A stretch of DNA of 63,989 nucleotides, the filler included, from Perkinsus olseni (taxonomy: Eukaryota): assembly GCA_013115125.1 (NCBI GenBank). It is 28 parts of 28 records of this genome, joined end to end, with 100 filler letters (N's around TTAATTAATTAA, not from the genome) between each part and the next. Parts side by side here need not be neighbours in the genome. Positions count along the whole stretch, not along the records: positions 23,252 to 25,453 come from JABANN010001619.1; positions 25,554 to 27,754 come from JABANN010001620.1; positions 27,855 to 30,054 come from JABANN010001621.1; positions 30,155 to 32,351 come from JABANN010001622.1; positions 32,452 to 34,645 come from JABANN010001623.1; positions 34,746 to 36,935 come from JABANN010001624.1; positions 37,036 to 39,223 come from JABANN010001625.1; 21 more parts are not named here. The stretch is one strand, 5' to 3'. The notes beneath the pieces were generated by a model, which was not told where the DNA came from, ran no database searches, and saw nothing but the letters and a program-made list of their open reading frames with translations. The position numbers were made by a program, and so were the translations under genes. This document shows positions 24,437 through 38,971 of this stretch, in pieces (the first letter of the stretch is position 1; the number at the start of each line of letters is the position of its first letter).

Positions 24437-24921
24437 ATGTCGATGGATCCATCGTCAGAGCGTCCAGTTGAATCGTTCACGTCAAGCGCACCCATCCAGC
24501 CGGTGAGCTATGCTCTCTCCCTATGGGGGTCGAACCTCCCGATAACAGGTGCACACCACTTGCCATGTAGCCGCCATGCCTGGCGACATGCTCGACTTCC
24601 TATTGAAGGAAGCTAAAGCATGTGAGAGGCCATGCACGTTGCGACGACGGGTTGAATACTCCGGAGCTCAGGCGAGGTGAAGAGGTTGAAGAATCCCTCC
24701 TCATCCTACACCGCTGTTGCGAAGAGGTTGAAGGAGACCATTGAACAGCATCATCCTGGTGACAGAAATGACAGGGGTTCCCTCAGCTAACGATTTGCCA
24801 CTCAGGCACTTGGCATGTTTTCGTGGGTAAGGACTTCGGTGCTCATGTATCGGCTGAAGCCAACCATTTAGCTCATTTCAATGTGGGGGCTACGGCCTTC
24901 ATGATCTATAAGCATGGCTGA
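24437..24921 (+). CDS. Dynein light chain type 1 (LC8 family), four exons
   Basis: Spliced product MSMDPSS...MPGDMLDFLLKEAKACEVKRLKNPSSSYTAVAKRLKETIEQHHPGTWHVFVGKDFGAHVSAEANHLAHFNVGATAFMIYKHG*, containing the WHxxVGxxFG signature. Confidence 0.85.
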
Positions 24922-26179
24922 TTGTGAAGTTCAATATCCGCTTCGAGTTCAAGTCCACGCTCTTCGAAGCGGTGGATCGCCGGGCGGAGTCGGCTCGAAC
25001 TTGAACCCGACATCATCGACTCAGATGAAAGCTGGCTGCGTCCACCTGAATTTCCCAATGTTTCGGGCAGGTCTACATCTCTTCACTCGGGAGCAGTCCT
25101 TTGAATCGCCGAGCTTGACAAACCCGTTCTCGAATCACGAGGCCATACGAAGGCATCACCCAGATCACCGACAGGGGTCAATCATTTTAAGTTAAAATTT
25201 TTAACTCTATGATAGCAATGGGGTGACTAATGAGGTTGTCATTTACTAATGGGGCATCATCATTGTGTGCAAATATAACAGGGTCTGCTCGCAGTTCGTC
25301 AGCCTCTGCTGACCTCAAGACCGAGATCTCGCATATCGCTTGGTGCTCTGATTCAGGCAAGGAGTGGGAGAGTAAAAACTGAGACTTCTTTAGAGCGGCC
25401 CGCAGCGCCCTAGCATTCCTCACCTTCCTAGCTACAGCAGGCCCTCGTACTAANNNNNNNNNNNNNNNNNNNNNNNNNNNNNNNNNNNNNNNNNNNNTTA
25501 ATTAATTAANNNNNNNNNNNNNNNNNNNNNNNNNNNNNNNNNNNNNNNNNNNNGCTCAGCCAGTCTGGCTGGTAATTCAGGACTCGAAAAGTTGCGGCGG
25601 TATCGACAGCCTGTGGGTTGAACTCACTGGGTTCCGGCGTGTTTGGGGACTTTTGACAGGTAGACGAAGCTGTCGAAAATGTGAAAGGATGAGCGCTTTC
25701 CGAGAAAAAAGGACGATTGAGAGAGTAGTCATCTTTTTCACACTGTCTCGTCTCAAGCTCTCGCATTGGGACAAAACGCCGACGGGTATAACGAGGGGGG
25801 CGGGTTGAAGAATATCACGAGGAACTACAGTCCGACCTAACATTTGTCCAGAGCTGATTTAAATCATACAAAGGCCGAGGATGGGAACGAGACCGGGCTC
25901 ATCAGATCAGAAATTTGTAGAGCATTCGAATGCTGTGAGTTTCGCAGAACAGCGCCCCACTCCTCATCTAGGAAACAGGTCTTTTAGGTTTTTTGGCGGT
26001 ACATTAATTCACGCAGTGAGTTAAATTGAGATGGGGGATGAGATGAGGTATAAGATGAGGGCAATGAACCATTTAACGACGCCAAATTTGGGGAGTTTAA
26101 GGTACTCGACGATCCGCTGAGCTACTGACCACCCCCCAGTGGGGGGCCCCCACTACCACTACATACCTAACAACACCAT

Positions 26180-27754
26180 GGTCCAAAACCTGCTGCTGCG
26201 CGCGCGACATACTCAAGAGACAGAGGGTGGATTCTAGTGGAGCATCGCCCTCGTTGTCGAATGAGTGTATTGGTGAAGTTGAGTTCGTAAGGGTTGGAAT
26301 GAAAAACTGCGACAACGTGTGATGGGCAGCACTCTGTTGATCATAAATGGTCGCATTAGTGGGCTCAGTAGACAATCCACCGGCTTCCCGACTGGTAACG
26401 GTCGCCAAGCTGCTCGGCATGGATCCGGTGGCCGAGCCACAGTGTTTATGGATCGCTAAGGAGGCATGCAAGGCGAAGGTACGTGACATCGCGCTCTCCC
26501 CTGGGTTCCCTCAACTGCCTGTCCGTGCTGCGTAGATCGATCACAAGGAATGGAAAGAATTCACCGGCCAAGACGGGTCCACGGTGTATTATAACACTGT
26601 GACGAGGAAGGTGCAGAAAGTCCATCCTGTTATCGAGCATTACTCACAGCTTTATCACAAGCAGAAGACTTACTCGAAAGTGAGGAGCATTCCTATTGGC
26701 AAGCTACAATGACCTATGGGCGCTTTCCAGTTCCTATTGGAGCAGATCATGAAGGATGAAGATGACAGTCGGGCGAAATACGCGTGAGGAGAACTTGAAC
26801 GTGAAGCCACGCTCCAGCAGCTGTGGCTATCGATGGCCAGGTTTATCCTGAAGGCTTTACACGAGCGCATAGCCCTCGAGCTGCCTGTAGCGACGCCTCA
26901 GATCTGTGAACAGATAACCCAGCTGCTCGGCGTTGAGCCAACCAAAGAGTTCTTCCTTGTCAGTACACCGGACGGGGCTGTTCATTCAGACGGGTGTCCT
27001 TCAGGTGCGGTGCTTGAAGCAGACGCTAGAGGCTTATGTGGCGAAGCAGTACGACTTGACGACCTTCTTGTCCGACATGGAAGCGCACATAGGGTTCCTC
27101 AGAGCATTTCGAAAGAATCAAGTTGGCTGTTGACCCGGTGGCGGATGGCTTTTGTATCATTCTCTACAGGTTAAGGATGATATAATAAAGAAGCCCGAGG
27201 CGGTGGTCATGTGTGAGGAGTGCGAGGACAAGAGTGCAGTATTGAAGTGTGAGGTCTGTCAGGATTACTACTGCCAAGTAGCCACTGCTTGAACGCCAAC
27301 GTTGGCGACAAGATTTCTCCAATCGTTATTAACCTCAGGATTGCTTCAATGCTACACACGCGACAGGCAACAGGCGGGGTCACATCACCGCCGATGTTGA
27401 GCAGCTCGTGTGTAAGTCGTCCACTTTCGGGTTAGTCATCACCTTCTTTGAGAATGGGGATGTTTCATTATTCTTTTAGAAGTGGGAGTGCGATGCCGCT
27501 GTCATTCCAGGTGCTGCCTGTGATGAGATTATCGCCACCTGCCAGTGTGTACAGTGTGGAAGCTTCTTTTGCGACAACTGCTACGTCACTACCCATGCAT
27601 CTCGTCCAGAGCTGCATAACCACTTGAAACGAGTTATTTCTGGACTCATCTGCCAAGTAAAGTCCCCCCGAAAAAAGTGACCCTCCGCCGTTGCATGGAG
27701 GGGTCCCTCAGGAATGCGAGCATCTCAACGCTACAGTGCTGTGCGAAGATTGCG
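26180..27754 (+). CDS. CEP164-like WW domain plus multiple B-box zinc fingers, multi-exon, 3' partial
   Basis: LGMDPVAEPQCLWIA..WKEFTGQDGSTVYYNTVT..HP (WW); CEECEDKSAVLKCEVCQDYYCQDCFNATH..RRGH and two further B-box starts. The 5' end is uncertain. Confidence 0.75.
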
Positions 27755-29914
27755 NNNNNNNNNNNNNNNNNNNNNNNNNNNNNNNNNNNNNNNNNNNNTT
27801 AATTAATTAANNNNNNNNNNNNNNNNNNNNNNNNNNNNNNNNNNNNNNNNNNNNTTCTTAGCATATCCGGTTTTTCGACTCGTGCACTGTCACCTGGACG
27901 AGTACGGAACTGCAACTCAAGGAGGTTGTTTCTTATGCTTCTCAGGATATAACATTCAAGTTTCAGGGCCTAACTCTTCATAGTTAGTGAGAACTGGAAA
28001 AGTCGTAAAAAAATTTCTCCACAAATTCTTAGCATGCACGGCGCCTCGAAATACCAACTTTTACTCGGGAACTATATCTACAACTTTGCATCTGATCTAA
28101 TGCGGTACACCAATGGAGAGGTCCGCGCCCGCGGGTAAGTTGAGCATGGAGATTATGGTTGCATGAGCTGTTGCAATGGCAACCGAAGCCTGCTGCATAG
28201 AGAGTCTCCATTAGAGATCTTTCTCGATGGGCTGGCACTGCCAGTGGGGTAGCCTGGCTGCCAGCCTGGCAGCCCTGGCGGTGGCCAGTCAGTGACTGGC
28301 AGTCGCTGGGAATCGTTATGTCTGGGTATGAGGCTCATACTATGAGCAATAATAGCCTCCAGCCTGCACATGAAGTGGCCTCTCCCAAGCCTCGTACCGA
28401 ATTACGGTGGTGTGAGATGTCGGATGCTGCGGGGGATTCGGGGTTACGCATTCCGCGAAATCAATGAGCGAGTCAGTGCGCAATCTTCGCGTCGCACTCG
28501 CCTTCGTTGTGTAAAGGATCTACTCGAGCAGGAGCATGACGCTGCCACTGGCAGCCTGCCAGCTCGTAGGCGAGGGTGGATGGTCCGGTCCAGACCTTCG
28601 GTGGTCACAAGAACGTTTGTGGCGATCTTTTGTTAGTCGTGGGACGCTGCCGGTGCGGTGCTGCACTGGTAGTGACACACTACTAGTGTGAGGCGGCCTC
28701 ACTGAGGCCCGAGAGTCAGGGGCCCAGACTCTGGGCCACCCACAGCGGCTGACGACTCATGTTTGACGGCGCAAGTGGGCCGGGCTCGCAGTTGCCACTG
28801 TGTGGTATACGGTACCATTATGGTGCCCCGGCATTTTGGCGAGATGAGATTTCTCGAGAATAACGAAATCGGCCGAAAGCCTTATTCTCTCCCGTTCTCG
28901 TTCTCGCGAGATTTCGCGGGATTTCACCAGATCTCGCGGATCCTCACGATAGCGGCAAGACGAGGGATTTCTGTGTCCTGCATTCGCCCGGCTGGAGCCT
29001 TCGCGATGCCCCGCCAAATCCGCAGCAGGACGAAATCAAGTAGTGATTCCTCAGGAGCCTAACCCGATGATTGACGCCCTCCATTCAAGGAGAATAGTCT
29101 ACTGGGGATATTGAAGTCAGCACTCTGATTTATCAGCGAGCGAGGAGCTGCTTAGGAACTCTCTGGCGGAATACGGTGCAATAGAGCGGGAGGCGGGAAT
29201 CCCGCCGCGGGATGGATCAGCAAGTCTACTCCAGAGGGCCTAGGATATAGTTCTTGCTAATCTGACCGTGTAGTACATCTATCTGGCAAGACCCTAAATA
29301 AGTTGAACTTCAACTTCGTTCCTTGCCAAGGAACTTCTACGGTGGCTGTGGTGCCTTTCGAGCCGTGAGTCGGGCTCTCTGAGTCAGAGACTCTGACGCC
29401 TGTGTCTCTGCATTCCGCTCTGAATGTTGTACTTGTGGGCTTTCAGTGCACGACGACTCGCCGTCATTCACGCCGTGCCGTACCACACCTGCCGCTGCTG
29501 CTTGCTGCCTCGCTGCGTCGTTGCGCACGGCGGATCATTCTGTTTTCTCTCACAGCGGCTCTGCCACTCAGCCTGTCGACTCGAGCACCTAGTCCTCCTT
29601 CTACGTGGAGTGCCACGTTGGACCTCCGCTCTGCGCCGCGCGCGCCGGCCCGTCTAGTCTCGCTTCGCCGAGCTGGATTCGGCCCATCTCGTTGCCGCGA
29701 GATTTTCTCCTCGTGGGACAGGCCGATCAAGAGTGTCGTAGTTGGCGTAACTGAGATCGCAGCGTCGAATGGAGAAGCGATGAAAGAGTGAGGGGAACGT
29801 CTTGATTCACCAACCTGGGTGGAAAGCAAGGTTCGGGGGTAGTCCAGCTATGAACTCATCCTTGACTTCATCCGACGGGAGGGAACTCGAGCACATCAGG
29901 GTGTCTGAGAATCT

Positions 29915-30030
29915 TTCGGCGGAAACTTTCGCAGAAAGTTTCCAAGGAAAATTTCCTTGGAAAATTTTTCTGGGCGCCAGATTTTTCGGAAAATTTCCTG
30001 AAGGGACTTTTTGAAAATGAGGGAATTTCA
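29915..30030. repeat. Palindromic GGAAA/TTTCC-rich tract, MITE/transposon-end-like
   Basis: TTTCCAAGGAAA-A-TTTCCTTGGAAA inverted repeat and related motifs. Confidence 0.5.
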
Positions 30031-32451
30031 ACGCGGGAGATCTGCCTCATCATCNNNNNNNNNNNNNNNNNNNNNNNNNNNNNNNNNNNNNNNNNNNNTT
30101 AATTAATTAANNNNNNNNNNNNNNNNNNNNNNNNNNNNNNNNNNNNNNNNNNNNATTGTTTCAACTAGTATAGAACTACGTCATGAACCCGGTGTTGCGT
30201 GAATATTCGGGATTACGTGGCAGAGGGCAGGGTTGGCAACTTCTCTGTAGTTATGATGAACTGCACCTTCCGAAAGACGCGTCAAAGCTCAGCACTCCCG
30301 TGTGATGCAGGCTGAGGCCCACAAGAGCACGTAATTCACGAACAACCATCGCGGTTCAAACTTAGCACAGGCGTCCGAATGAATCTTTTGTTCCTTAAAG
30401 CTCTGCACTCGGGGGTCTCCCACATCCCTCCCACTCCTCGACGTAGATCTCCGCTGGCCCATCCTAATGGTGGCTAGTGCCTTGGCAATCGCATGTGCTG
30501 TAGCGTCCGATTCGAGCCGGGCTCGTTTTAGGCACACTCGTGTACCATATGACTGCTACCTGGAACTGTATTCCCACTGTGCTACACAGTACACGCAGCG
30601 GCCAGCACCCCGGCGTATGCCACTCTATAATCATCGTAATATAGAAGGCTGAAAGGCGTCGTGGTGAGATAACGCGTTTTATCGTCGCCCATCTCCCCCC
30701 CCCACTCCACTACGTCGTATTTCGGAGAGTAAAGTGAGGAGCCATCGAAAGGAAGGAACGCGATTCTTCTGATTCAGGGTGACGTCCAGATGGTCTCCTG
30801 AATATTCAGGGTTTCAACTCCAAATGAGCCTGCTCAGCGTCCGTCATTGCAGACTAGCCTACTCGACTTTGGGTGTCACTCTAGAGCATCATGGGTGTGC
30901 AGCCCAACGGCGGTGTATCCGTGGAATACGCAGCGCCTTCTTCCCTCAGTGTGGAGGTCGTGATTAATTTTAATCAGGAGACTACTCGCATCCTCTTGGG
31001 TTATGGGTATGGTGTGCACCCGTGGGGTCAGACATTCAATTTTGAGAGCGTGGACTCGATCGCTTACCTTAACTGCTCGGATAAATATGAAGCTCCGGAC
31101 TCAGTTCACCCGACGATACCCACGTTGGACATAAGACTACCCTCGATCGACGATATAGGTGGATCGACTCGGATGGGACCTCGAGGAGTCTTTCTATACT
31201 AATTTCCGGCGAGATGGTGCGGTTGATTGAGGAGCACTCGAGTCATGAAGGCTAGCCTGATCCCGCGACAATAAGCTCGATGTATCAATGGTATACTTTG
31301 CCAGTCATACTGACAACGGTTTGAGCAGTGTTAGCAAATTCCTGATCTCATACTGGGTATCGGCTGTTACACCATTTAACCACATTACCGGCCTCTATTT
31401 CACGGCGAGACCCATCAGTGACTCCTCACAGAAATGGTATGAGTTGGTTCTAGTTGAAATATGGCAGAGGCATTACTGGCTCTTAACACCACTACGTGCC
31501 TTATTGGGCATGACCATCCTTATGAAAAACTGCTCGAGAGCTAACCTGGTCGCGCTGCAGGAGCGACAGCAGAGACTGGAGCCGTAGCGCCACGCGTTCT
31601 GAAAGACCGTTGCGAAAGTTCGATCTGCGAAATCCGCTCTCGCCATTGTTAACTCGCTGTCACTCTAGCATGAGGAACGATCATGCCCTATTATCGGAAA
31701 AAGGAATACCTACCATCAATCAGATGACCTGACGCCAAGGCAGCGACCCAAGACTCTTGGGCCAAGAGTGATCATCCCCTATCCTATTTATGGTTTGCGA
31801 CACATGCGCCTCCTTTCTCTGGTATCCTGCTCAATTCACTCAGCAAGTTGGTTCCCTCGTCAGCTCTAAACCGTGTCCGCCGTGTGTGCGATACGGCCCC
31901 TGTACTTCTTGACTCTCGATATACTAGCGCAATCGATCGCTTTATCTGCAGCGACATCCCCTCACGAGGAACATCATTGATCCGTCCAACTTAAGAGCAG
32001 GCGGGTCAAATAGGGCGTCTATCTAGATCATGTTTGATGTGCGGTGCGCAGTTTTCAGGCGGGACCGAAAGATACGAGGATCTTGCCGTTTCCGAGGCAG
32101 CGAGCGACTTTCGTCGCACAGGCAAGGTATCGGCGAACCTAAGGCTTCCGTGACATTTTAGCGATTGACGGAACATGTTGGAGCCTTCAATTCCGGGGAC
32201 CACACTAACTTGGGCCTTTCGCGACCTTTGTCGGTTCATGCAGCTCTAACCCCTCTGACTGTTTCATTCATGACTGTCACATTCCTCGTCGGAGCACTTC
32301 CTATTATGGTGACTGGAAGCCTTCGCCGTCTTCAGGTCAGTACTACGACCCNNNNNNNNNNNNNNNNNNNNNNNNNNNNNNNNNNNNNNNNNNNNTTAAT
32401 TAATTAANNNNNNNNNNNNNNNNNNNNNNNNNNNNNNNNNNNNNNNNNNNN

Positions 32452-32518
<67 letters not shown>

Positions 32519-32586
32519 GCTGTTTTTGTCCAGTCTAACTACTACTACCCTACATATGTTACTCTCTTCCGACTTCTTTCAAGACC

Positions 32587-34252
32587 ATGCTACTAGCGAC
32601 GATGCTTCGCACAATTCTCCCACTTCATATCATTATCGTCATGATGGAGATGATCATCGTCGTCGTCGGGAATGTGTGAAGAGAATCATCAGTGATGATG
32701 ATGATGAGAGTCATCATGGCATGATGATCATGAATACACGGTAACGCCACCATTGCAGTACTACTCCCTCACCACTGCTGCTGCTGCTCACATCGTAATA
32801 ATCGTACTATTTCGGATACCTGACCACCTTAGGGACGGCAGTACAGTTGAACGATACCGACAACACCACCACCAGCAGCAGCAGGAGGAGGAGGGGACCT
32901 CGGAGAAAGAAGGAGAACCTTCTGACTCTATTCGTTTGGGTGTGGAGCGTCTTAAAGTATACATGGTTATTATCAGGACTAGCAGCATAGCAGCATTAGA
33001 GTGTCTTTAGGATAGGCTAGCGTCCCAACTCGATCGACAAATGAAGAGAAGATCATCATCATCATTACCGGGAGTAGAGGCAACATCTCTCTCTACACCT
33101 CATAAGAGTATAATGGCAAACCGGCAGGACACACAGGAGGAGGAGCATCATTATAATAATAACAACACTAGGACGATGGAATCATACCGATGTGAAGTTA
33201 ATGACACACCAGACGATACCAACAACAGTGATACTCATGATGTAATATGCTTGAACTCATAAACCGTGGACCTCGCAGTACCATCGCAAACGTAACAAGT
33301 TGTACTATCGTCAGGATAGTAGTAACCTAAGGGAAGAAGAAATGAAGGAGGAAGAGGCGAATGCTTCGCCCACTGGTACAATAGCCATCATCACCATCGT
33401 CAGTGTTGCTACGTCTCCTCAGGTCATGACGATCATATCCTTCGTCATGATGACCATCATAAAAAACGTGATTCCGATGTGATTGATAAGTTACAGGTGC
33501 TAGGGCTAACACGAACTAAGTTTGAGCTAACATGCTCATCATCGTCATCGTCATCATCGTTACGGCTACTTCTCAGCAAGCCGGTATCGTACCTGTCTTC
33601 AATCCCCTACCATCAACATTACTCGATCATCATCATCATCATCATCATCAACATTATATAAACAGTGCCACCAACAGTAACGACTTACCGCAGCGGAATA
33701 GTGACTACCACTCCATACGCTCATCCGAAAAGGGTCTAGTCGTCGTTAAGACACTGGAACAAGTAGGGGTATTGCTAGATATATTGCTAGGGATGCCCGC
33801 TGAGCACCATCAGTTACTATCCTGCTATCATCATACTGAAGTCAGTTCGTCTCATCATTTATCATCATCATCATCATCATCATCATCCTCTCCGTCGTCA
33901 AGAGCCATCCAAACAGCAGTTATGACTCCCCCACCGAAGGGAGTTCTCGTACAATGTCGTATCATTAGGAGTCGCGGGTAATAACGACTTGTAGTATATC
34001 CTGATAGCTCTTATTACTATCCCATGTTCTGCTGTTTATCGTTGTTTATCATATTATTAGTGTGCTTATCATAGTAATTCCTACTCATCTTTTTAGTGAT
34101 GCACCATTACTTGGGTCGTGGTATCCAAGATATCAACTAGTACTCGAGGATGATGGTGAATGCGTCATGTGTAGTAAGAAGAGGATGAAGAACAAAACAT
34201 CAAATTATCAAATCAATGCCTGCTCTACATTTGATAAAATGTCCCGTAAAGT

Positions 34253-34287
<35 letters not shown>

Positions 34288-34520
34288 CGATTGGCGTCCT
34301 CATCATCATACTGTTATCTGTTATTGCTGTTTTCAGGCCCATCATTACGTTGGCAAGGTCCGAAGTAATTTCATGGGCACCGAGTTCTGCATGTAATACC
34401 CCCACCAGTGTTATTTTCATCGCCACTTCTTCTTCTTCTTCTTGTAATCGTTACAATCAACATCATCTACTATCGTCTCCCTTATTGATAGATACTCTAC
34501 TTCTCCGCGTCACGATATAG
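32587..34520 (+). CDS. Tubby-family protein, multi-exon, partial
   Basis: PPPKGVLVQCRIIR, YPRYQLVLE...SKKRMKNKTSNYQI and YVGKVRSNFMGTEF are Tubby-domain motifs. The 5' extent is approximate. Confidence 0.85.
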
Positions 34521-34553
34521 CTGATGACAATACCTATGATGATGATGATGCAT

Positions 34554-34645
<92 letters not shown>

Positions 34646-34745
34646 NNNNNNNNNNNNNNNNNNNNNNNNNNNNNNNNNNNNNNNNNNNNTTAATTAATTA
34701 ANNNNNNNNNNNNNNNNNNNNNNNNNNNNNNNNNNNNNNNNNNNN

Positions 34746-34816
<71 letters not shown>

Positions 34817-34817
34817 G

Positions 34818-35907
34818 AGTTGACTTCCCGCGCCCCTCAGGAAGAGGTACGAGCCAGTCTCGTCGGACCAGACTTACCTCGCCAACTGTGAGTTTCTGCC
34901 AAAAAGTGGCGAATGACCATCTACCGGACTTGACATTAGCCCGGTGTTTTTTGGCTTGCATGTGCATCGACCATTGATACCAATCACCGAGTTGAGCATC
35001 GCATAAGCGGCATACCTGATAAGGTACAGTCAATCCCGTCCATTTATCGTTTGATCGAGCAGACGCATGATCGGCGCTAAAGTATCCAAAGCACTACCAC
35101 TAGAAGCAGTAGCCGCAACTGGACACTCTGCGGATGCCGCGGTTGCCGTCCGTCAGCCCGACTCACCATGTTCCAGCCGTCGGCCATGGCAGGTGCCTCC
35201 CCCCAAGTATTTGGAGGACGTTCGTCAAGAGGAGGTATGACTCCGCACCCAGCCAAGGTCCTCCCATCTGAAGGAATGAGCAAGAGAGGTGAGTTCGATC
35301 AGTGGAGCGATTCCCGCAGCGAATGCTATCCTGACTACCCCATTTGCGACCCTAGATCACCTAATAGTTCTACGACACTAATATTTGATCGCCAAAACGA
35401 CTCCCGTGAGGATGCCCACGAGGAGTTCACCTGGATAGAACTGCTCCGAGCATTGTTCGGAGAAGTCCCTAAAGCCGTTATACTGGGGGTCCTTCTTCCA
35501 CATGGGCTCCCCGGAAGCCTCCACCTGCGTATCCCCATACTGGGCCACATGACTTTCAGACGTTGATGGCGTTCCGACGTCAACAACGGGCGAGACTGAG
35601 AAGAAGCCGAGCTACTACGACGATGAAGCGGCACTCGAGTGCGACCCCGCGGGAACTCCTGTCCGGCTCTCCTCCGCCGCTCACGCTCATGCTCTCCCCA
35701 TTGGAGGTTGCGGACGTTCTTCGCATGCTTTTCGCCTTGCATGTGGGATAAGAATATCCCTTCGTAACAGACTGTTATCTGGACAGCGGAAGCATGAGGC
35801 ATTCTCCCACGGAAATGACGCTTTACATCACATAGAGTACATCGCCACGAACCATCCTTGTCGCGACCGGCGAAAAAGCCACGGTCCTCCTCAGAGGGGG
35901 AGGCCAT
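34818..35907 (-). CDS. Matrin/U1-type C2H2 zinc-finger protein, multi-exon, 3' partial
   Basis: WRCTLCD...FLSHMQGEKHAKN and CRLCDAQL..WSMHMQAKKHRAN. Confidence 0.7.
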
Positions 35908-36078
35908 AAGAGACACAGACTAGTAAAAGAATAGCAACAAGTGAAGTCAACGGCAGACTCATGACCCCAACCAGAGAGGAGTTCCCAGTGGAAAAAGGCC
36001 GAGGGAAAAGGCACGGGAAGGGGCATTTTACTACTCAACCAAACGCAGGAGTACTTTTCATAAAGCCCACGAACAGCC

Positions 36079-36935
36079 TTAGGGGGATAAAGATACTTCA
36101 TATACTTTACAATGCCGCAGAAGGCTTCCCGGTGCCTCGCCAGTTAGGTGGAGGTACTTCGAAACGTCTCCTGGCGATGGCAACTCTCGAATGCTGAAGC
36201 GAGCGTTGACGCCACTCGCGTACTTATCGACGAAATCCTGCGCGAAAACATCGCACGGGGGTACTGCGGGATGGATGATATTCAGTCGCTCCTCACAGCA
36301 CAGTAGAGCCTTGGCCCCCTTGAACCTCGAGAGGAGGGCCAGAAGTGCATCGCTGAGGGCTTCATTGATGCTAAAATCATACCATACATCGGCCGCTAAG
36401 ATCACATCCACACTCTCACCGAGGCCTTCCGAGTACGTACCGGAGTCTTCAAAGTCGAGTTTGCTGACCTCTACTACAGGATTACCCACGTTGTTGGCCT
36501 CGCACAGCGACAGGGCGGACAATGAATAGTCCGTGAGTATCGCTCGTTTGAACCCCAAGGCTTCGTAAAGACCACCCAGAGCACCGACGCCGCAGGCGAG
36601 CTCAAGAACAGTCTTGCCTTCTACCAAGGAAGGGTTCGCCGCCAGAAAGCACCCCAGGAACAAAGCGCCGTTCCACAGCTGGTCTCCTACACTCTTCAAC
36701 TCAGAACACTCCCGCTCACAGCGGACCGAGTAGCGAACCTCACGAGGCTCTACAGGACGAATGAGGTCGCCGTCCGAGTCGTACCCCAGCTCGAAGGAGG
36801 ATGCTTCAGGTAAGGTCCACTGCAATTGGATTGAGCTTGATCCTTGTCGAGGTTGCAGGTCTGATGCAAACCTAGGCCCGATCGCAGCTTCCCACCCAAA
36901 ACTCGTCAACTCGACTCGTCCCGCCCTGCCGATCA
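36079..36935 (-). CDS. SAM-dependent lysine methyltransferase, METTL21/22-like (Methyltransf_16)
   Basis: VGDQLWNGALFL, KTVLELACGVG, LTD, LAADVWY. Confidence 0.85.
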
Positions 36936-38971
36936 NNNNNNNNNNNNNNNNNNNNNNNNNNNNNNNNNNNNNNNNNNNNTTAATTAATTAANNNNNNNNN
37001 NNNNNNNNNNNNNNNNNNNNNNNNNNNNNNNNNNNTCTCGGCAGCGCTTGCGACACAGCACTACTCCTCTCTCACTACTCTACCGTCGCTGCCTGCCGAC
37101 CCGCGCATCGGGCCGTTGCGTTGCGTTCACGGATTTTTTGGTCCCGCGAGATGACAACACCTTCGGGACAAGACCATCTGGCATCACGAGCCGGCCAATT
37201 GGTAGGACTTTGCCACATTTGTGATGCGCGCCCAGAACTTCGCACTCGTACGCCCGATGAAATGCTGGATCAATGCTTGAATACGCCAACCTGAGCGTCC
37301 CATGACAATTAAATCCGAAGTCACGGCCATGTAGAATAATATTTAAACGGGTTCTAGATGAACCCGCGTGCTCGATATCCAGGATATCATATCCGAGATC
37401 CATGAGCATCTCACTAGCTTTAACGTGGGCCCAATCAATTGAAGGACTGTGCAGATTACTGAGAGTTGGAATGCAACCTCTTTGTTGTACAATAACGGTC
37501 CCGTCGCTTTGAGTACAACCATGAATCGTTACGGGGAATCTTAGGTTCAGCGCGACTTGGGTTGCTTCTGAGCGACAGGTCTTCAACACTGACAAGAGTG
37601 GAAATTGAGACAGGCTGCTGCAGCCACTCATTCCGTATTCCGCCACGATCAATTTCATCGTGTCCTGCGCATCAGGACATTTCGTGAGTATTTCTCAATG
37701 TTCTCGCTCAGGAACACATCGTGGCCGGGTCTAGCCTCAGCCAAGTCACCCGTGATAGATTTGAGGAGTTTGCGGACCAATACTCTGCATGGTAGAGTCG
37801 ACGTCAACAATCAACGGTCGTTACCGCTTCGGTTCATCCACTTCAGGATGCCAGCGCAGTTCGTAGACGCAAGTGGTGATCAACTCGCCGACTGTGCTCT
37901 ACAGCATGACCTTTTAGGACTGGTAAACCAGACAGGGCCGGTAATTGGGAACTCACAGGCGAATTCATTTGCGTAGATAATCCGCGTAGAAAGAACAGGC
38001 GAGCGATTGAAGCTGTGGAATGGGTCACTGGTGTCCATCGAAACGTCGGATGATTCCTTCTGTGTAAATGACGAGAACCGCCAAGCCGAGATTTCTGCCG
38101 TCCTTCGGTTTAATGCAGATGGTAGGTGTGCATTTCTCACGTTGCAGACGGTTGCAGCCCTTTTCTAACTCAGGTAAACATTCGAAGGCCACCTCGGTAC
38201 GGTCTCCGATCTGCTTCATCTTTCCGACTGCGAAGGAGCGGAATACGTTCGTGGTCGGGCTCGAGGTAGGTTTCTTAGAACGCTGACCAGTACGCCTCTC
38301 GCCGCGCGAATCACGTGTTGCCAATTCTGACGCGGCAAAGGAGAATCACTGCTACCGAGGTGATCATTTCGAGCGCAAACAAGAATCCGAGAGTTGAAGG
38401 CGAAGTGCCCTTCTGCGAGGCAAATGTCCGAGGAGAAGGAGGAGCTATCTGCATTCCGGTAGGCCGTGACAAATCGCACTCGCTGTCCTGAGAGTCTCGT
38501 GGTGTAGGGGAATCTCCACCATCCAGTTGAAAAGGCAGAGGTTATCAGTAGTGGGTAGGATCTGACTGTGCTTAGTTCATTAACTGCGATCAATCTGATT
38601 TCTTACGGGTTGCAGGTATGATATCCCCGCCTTAGACATCTTGGACCCGATACCATCTATTCCGGTCCCATTCATCCTACGGAGTATTTCGAGCCCGTCA
38701 GAAACTCACAGACTGCGGGCAGTCACTTTCATGGGTAGTACGTGGAGGACAGACGGGGACCTCACCTGGGGTAGTGTATCAATCAGTTGCGTCCAACTTT
38801 CCGAAAATTTTGGGAATCGGTTTACGCTGAGAGCAAGCGTATATGACCCTGCCAAATCCATCTCGATTTTTTATCGGATGTGCTGAAGATCCGCTTCGTG
38901 GCTTACTTAGCATAGACGCCTCCTGCTCTAGTGTATTCCGTCCCCCTACCCTACGGGTTGGACGAGTACAA

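Noticed and set aside
27855..32351. Short ORFs in two contigs
   Set aside because: No domain or splice evidence; probably intergenic or decayed sequence.
37080..38593. Several minus-strand ORFs
   Set aside because: No recognisable motifs and no convincing gene model.
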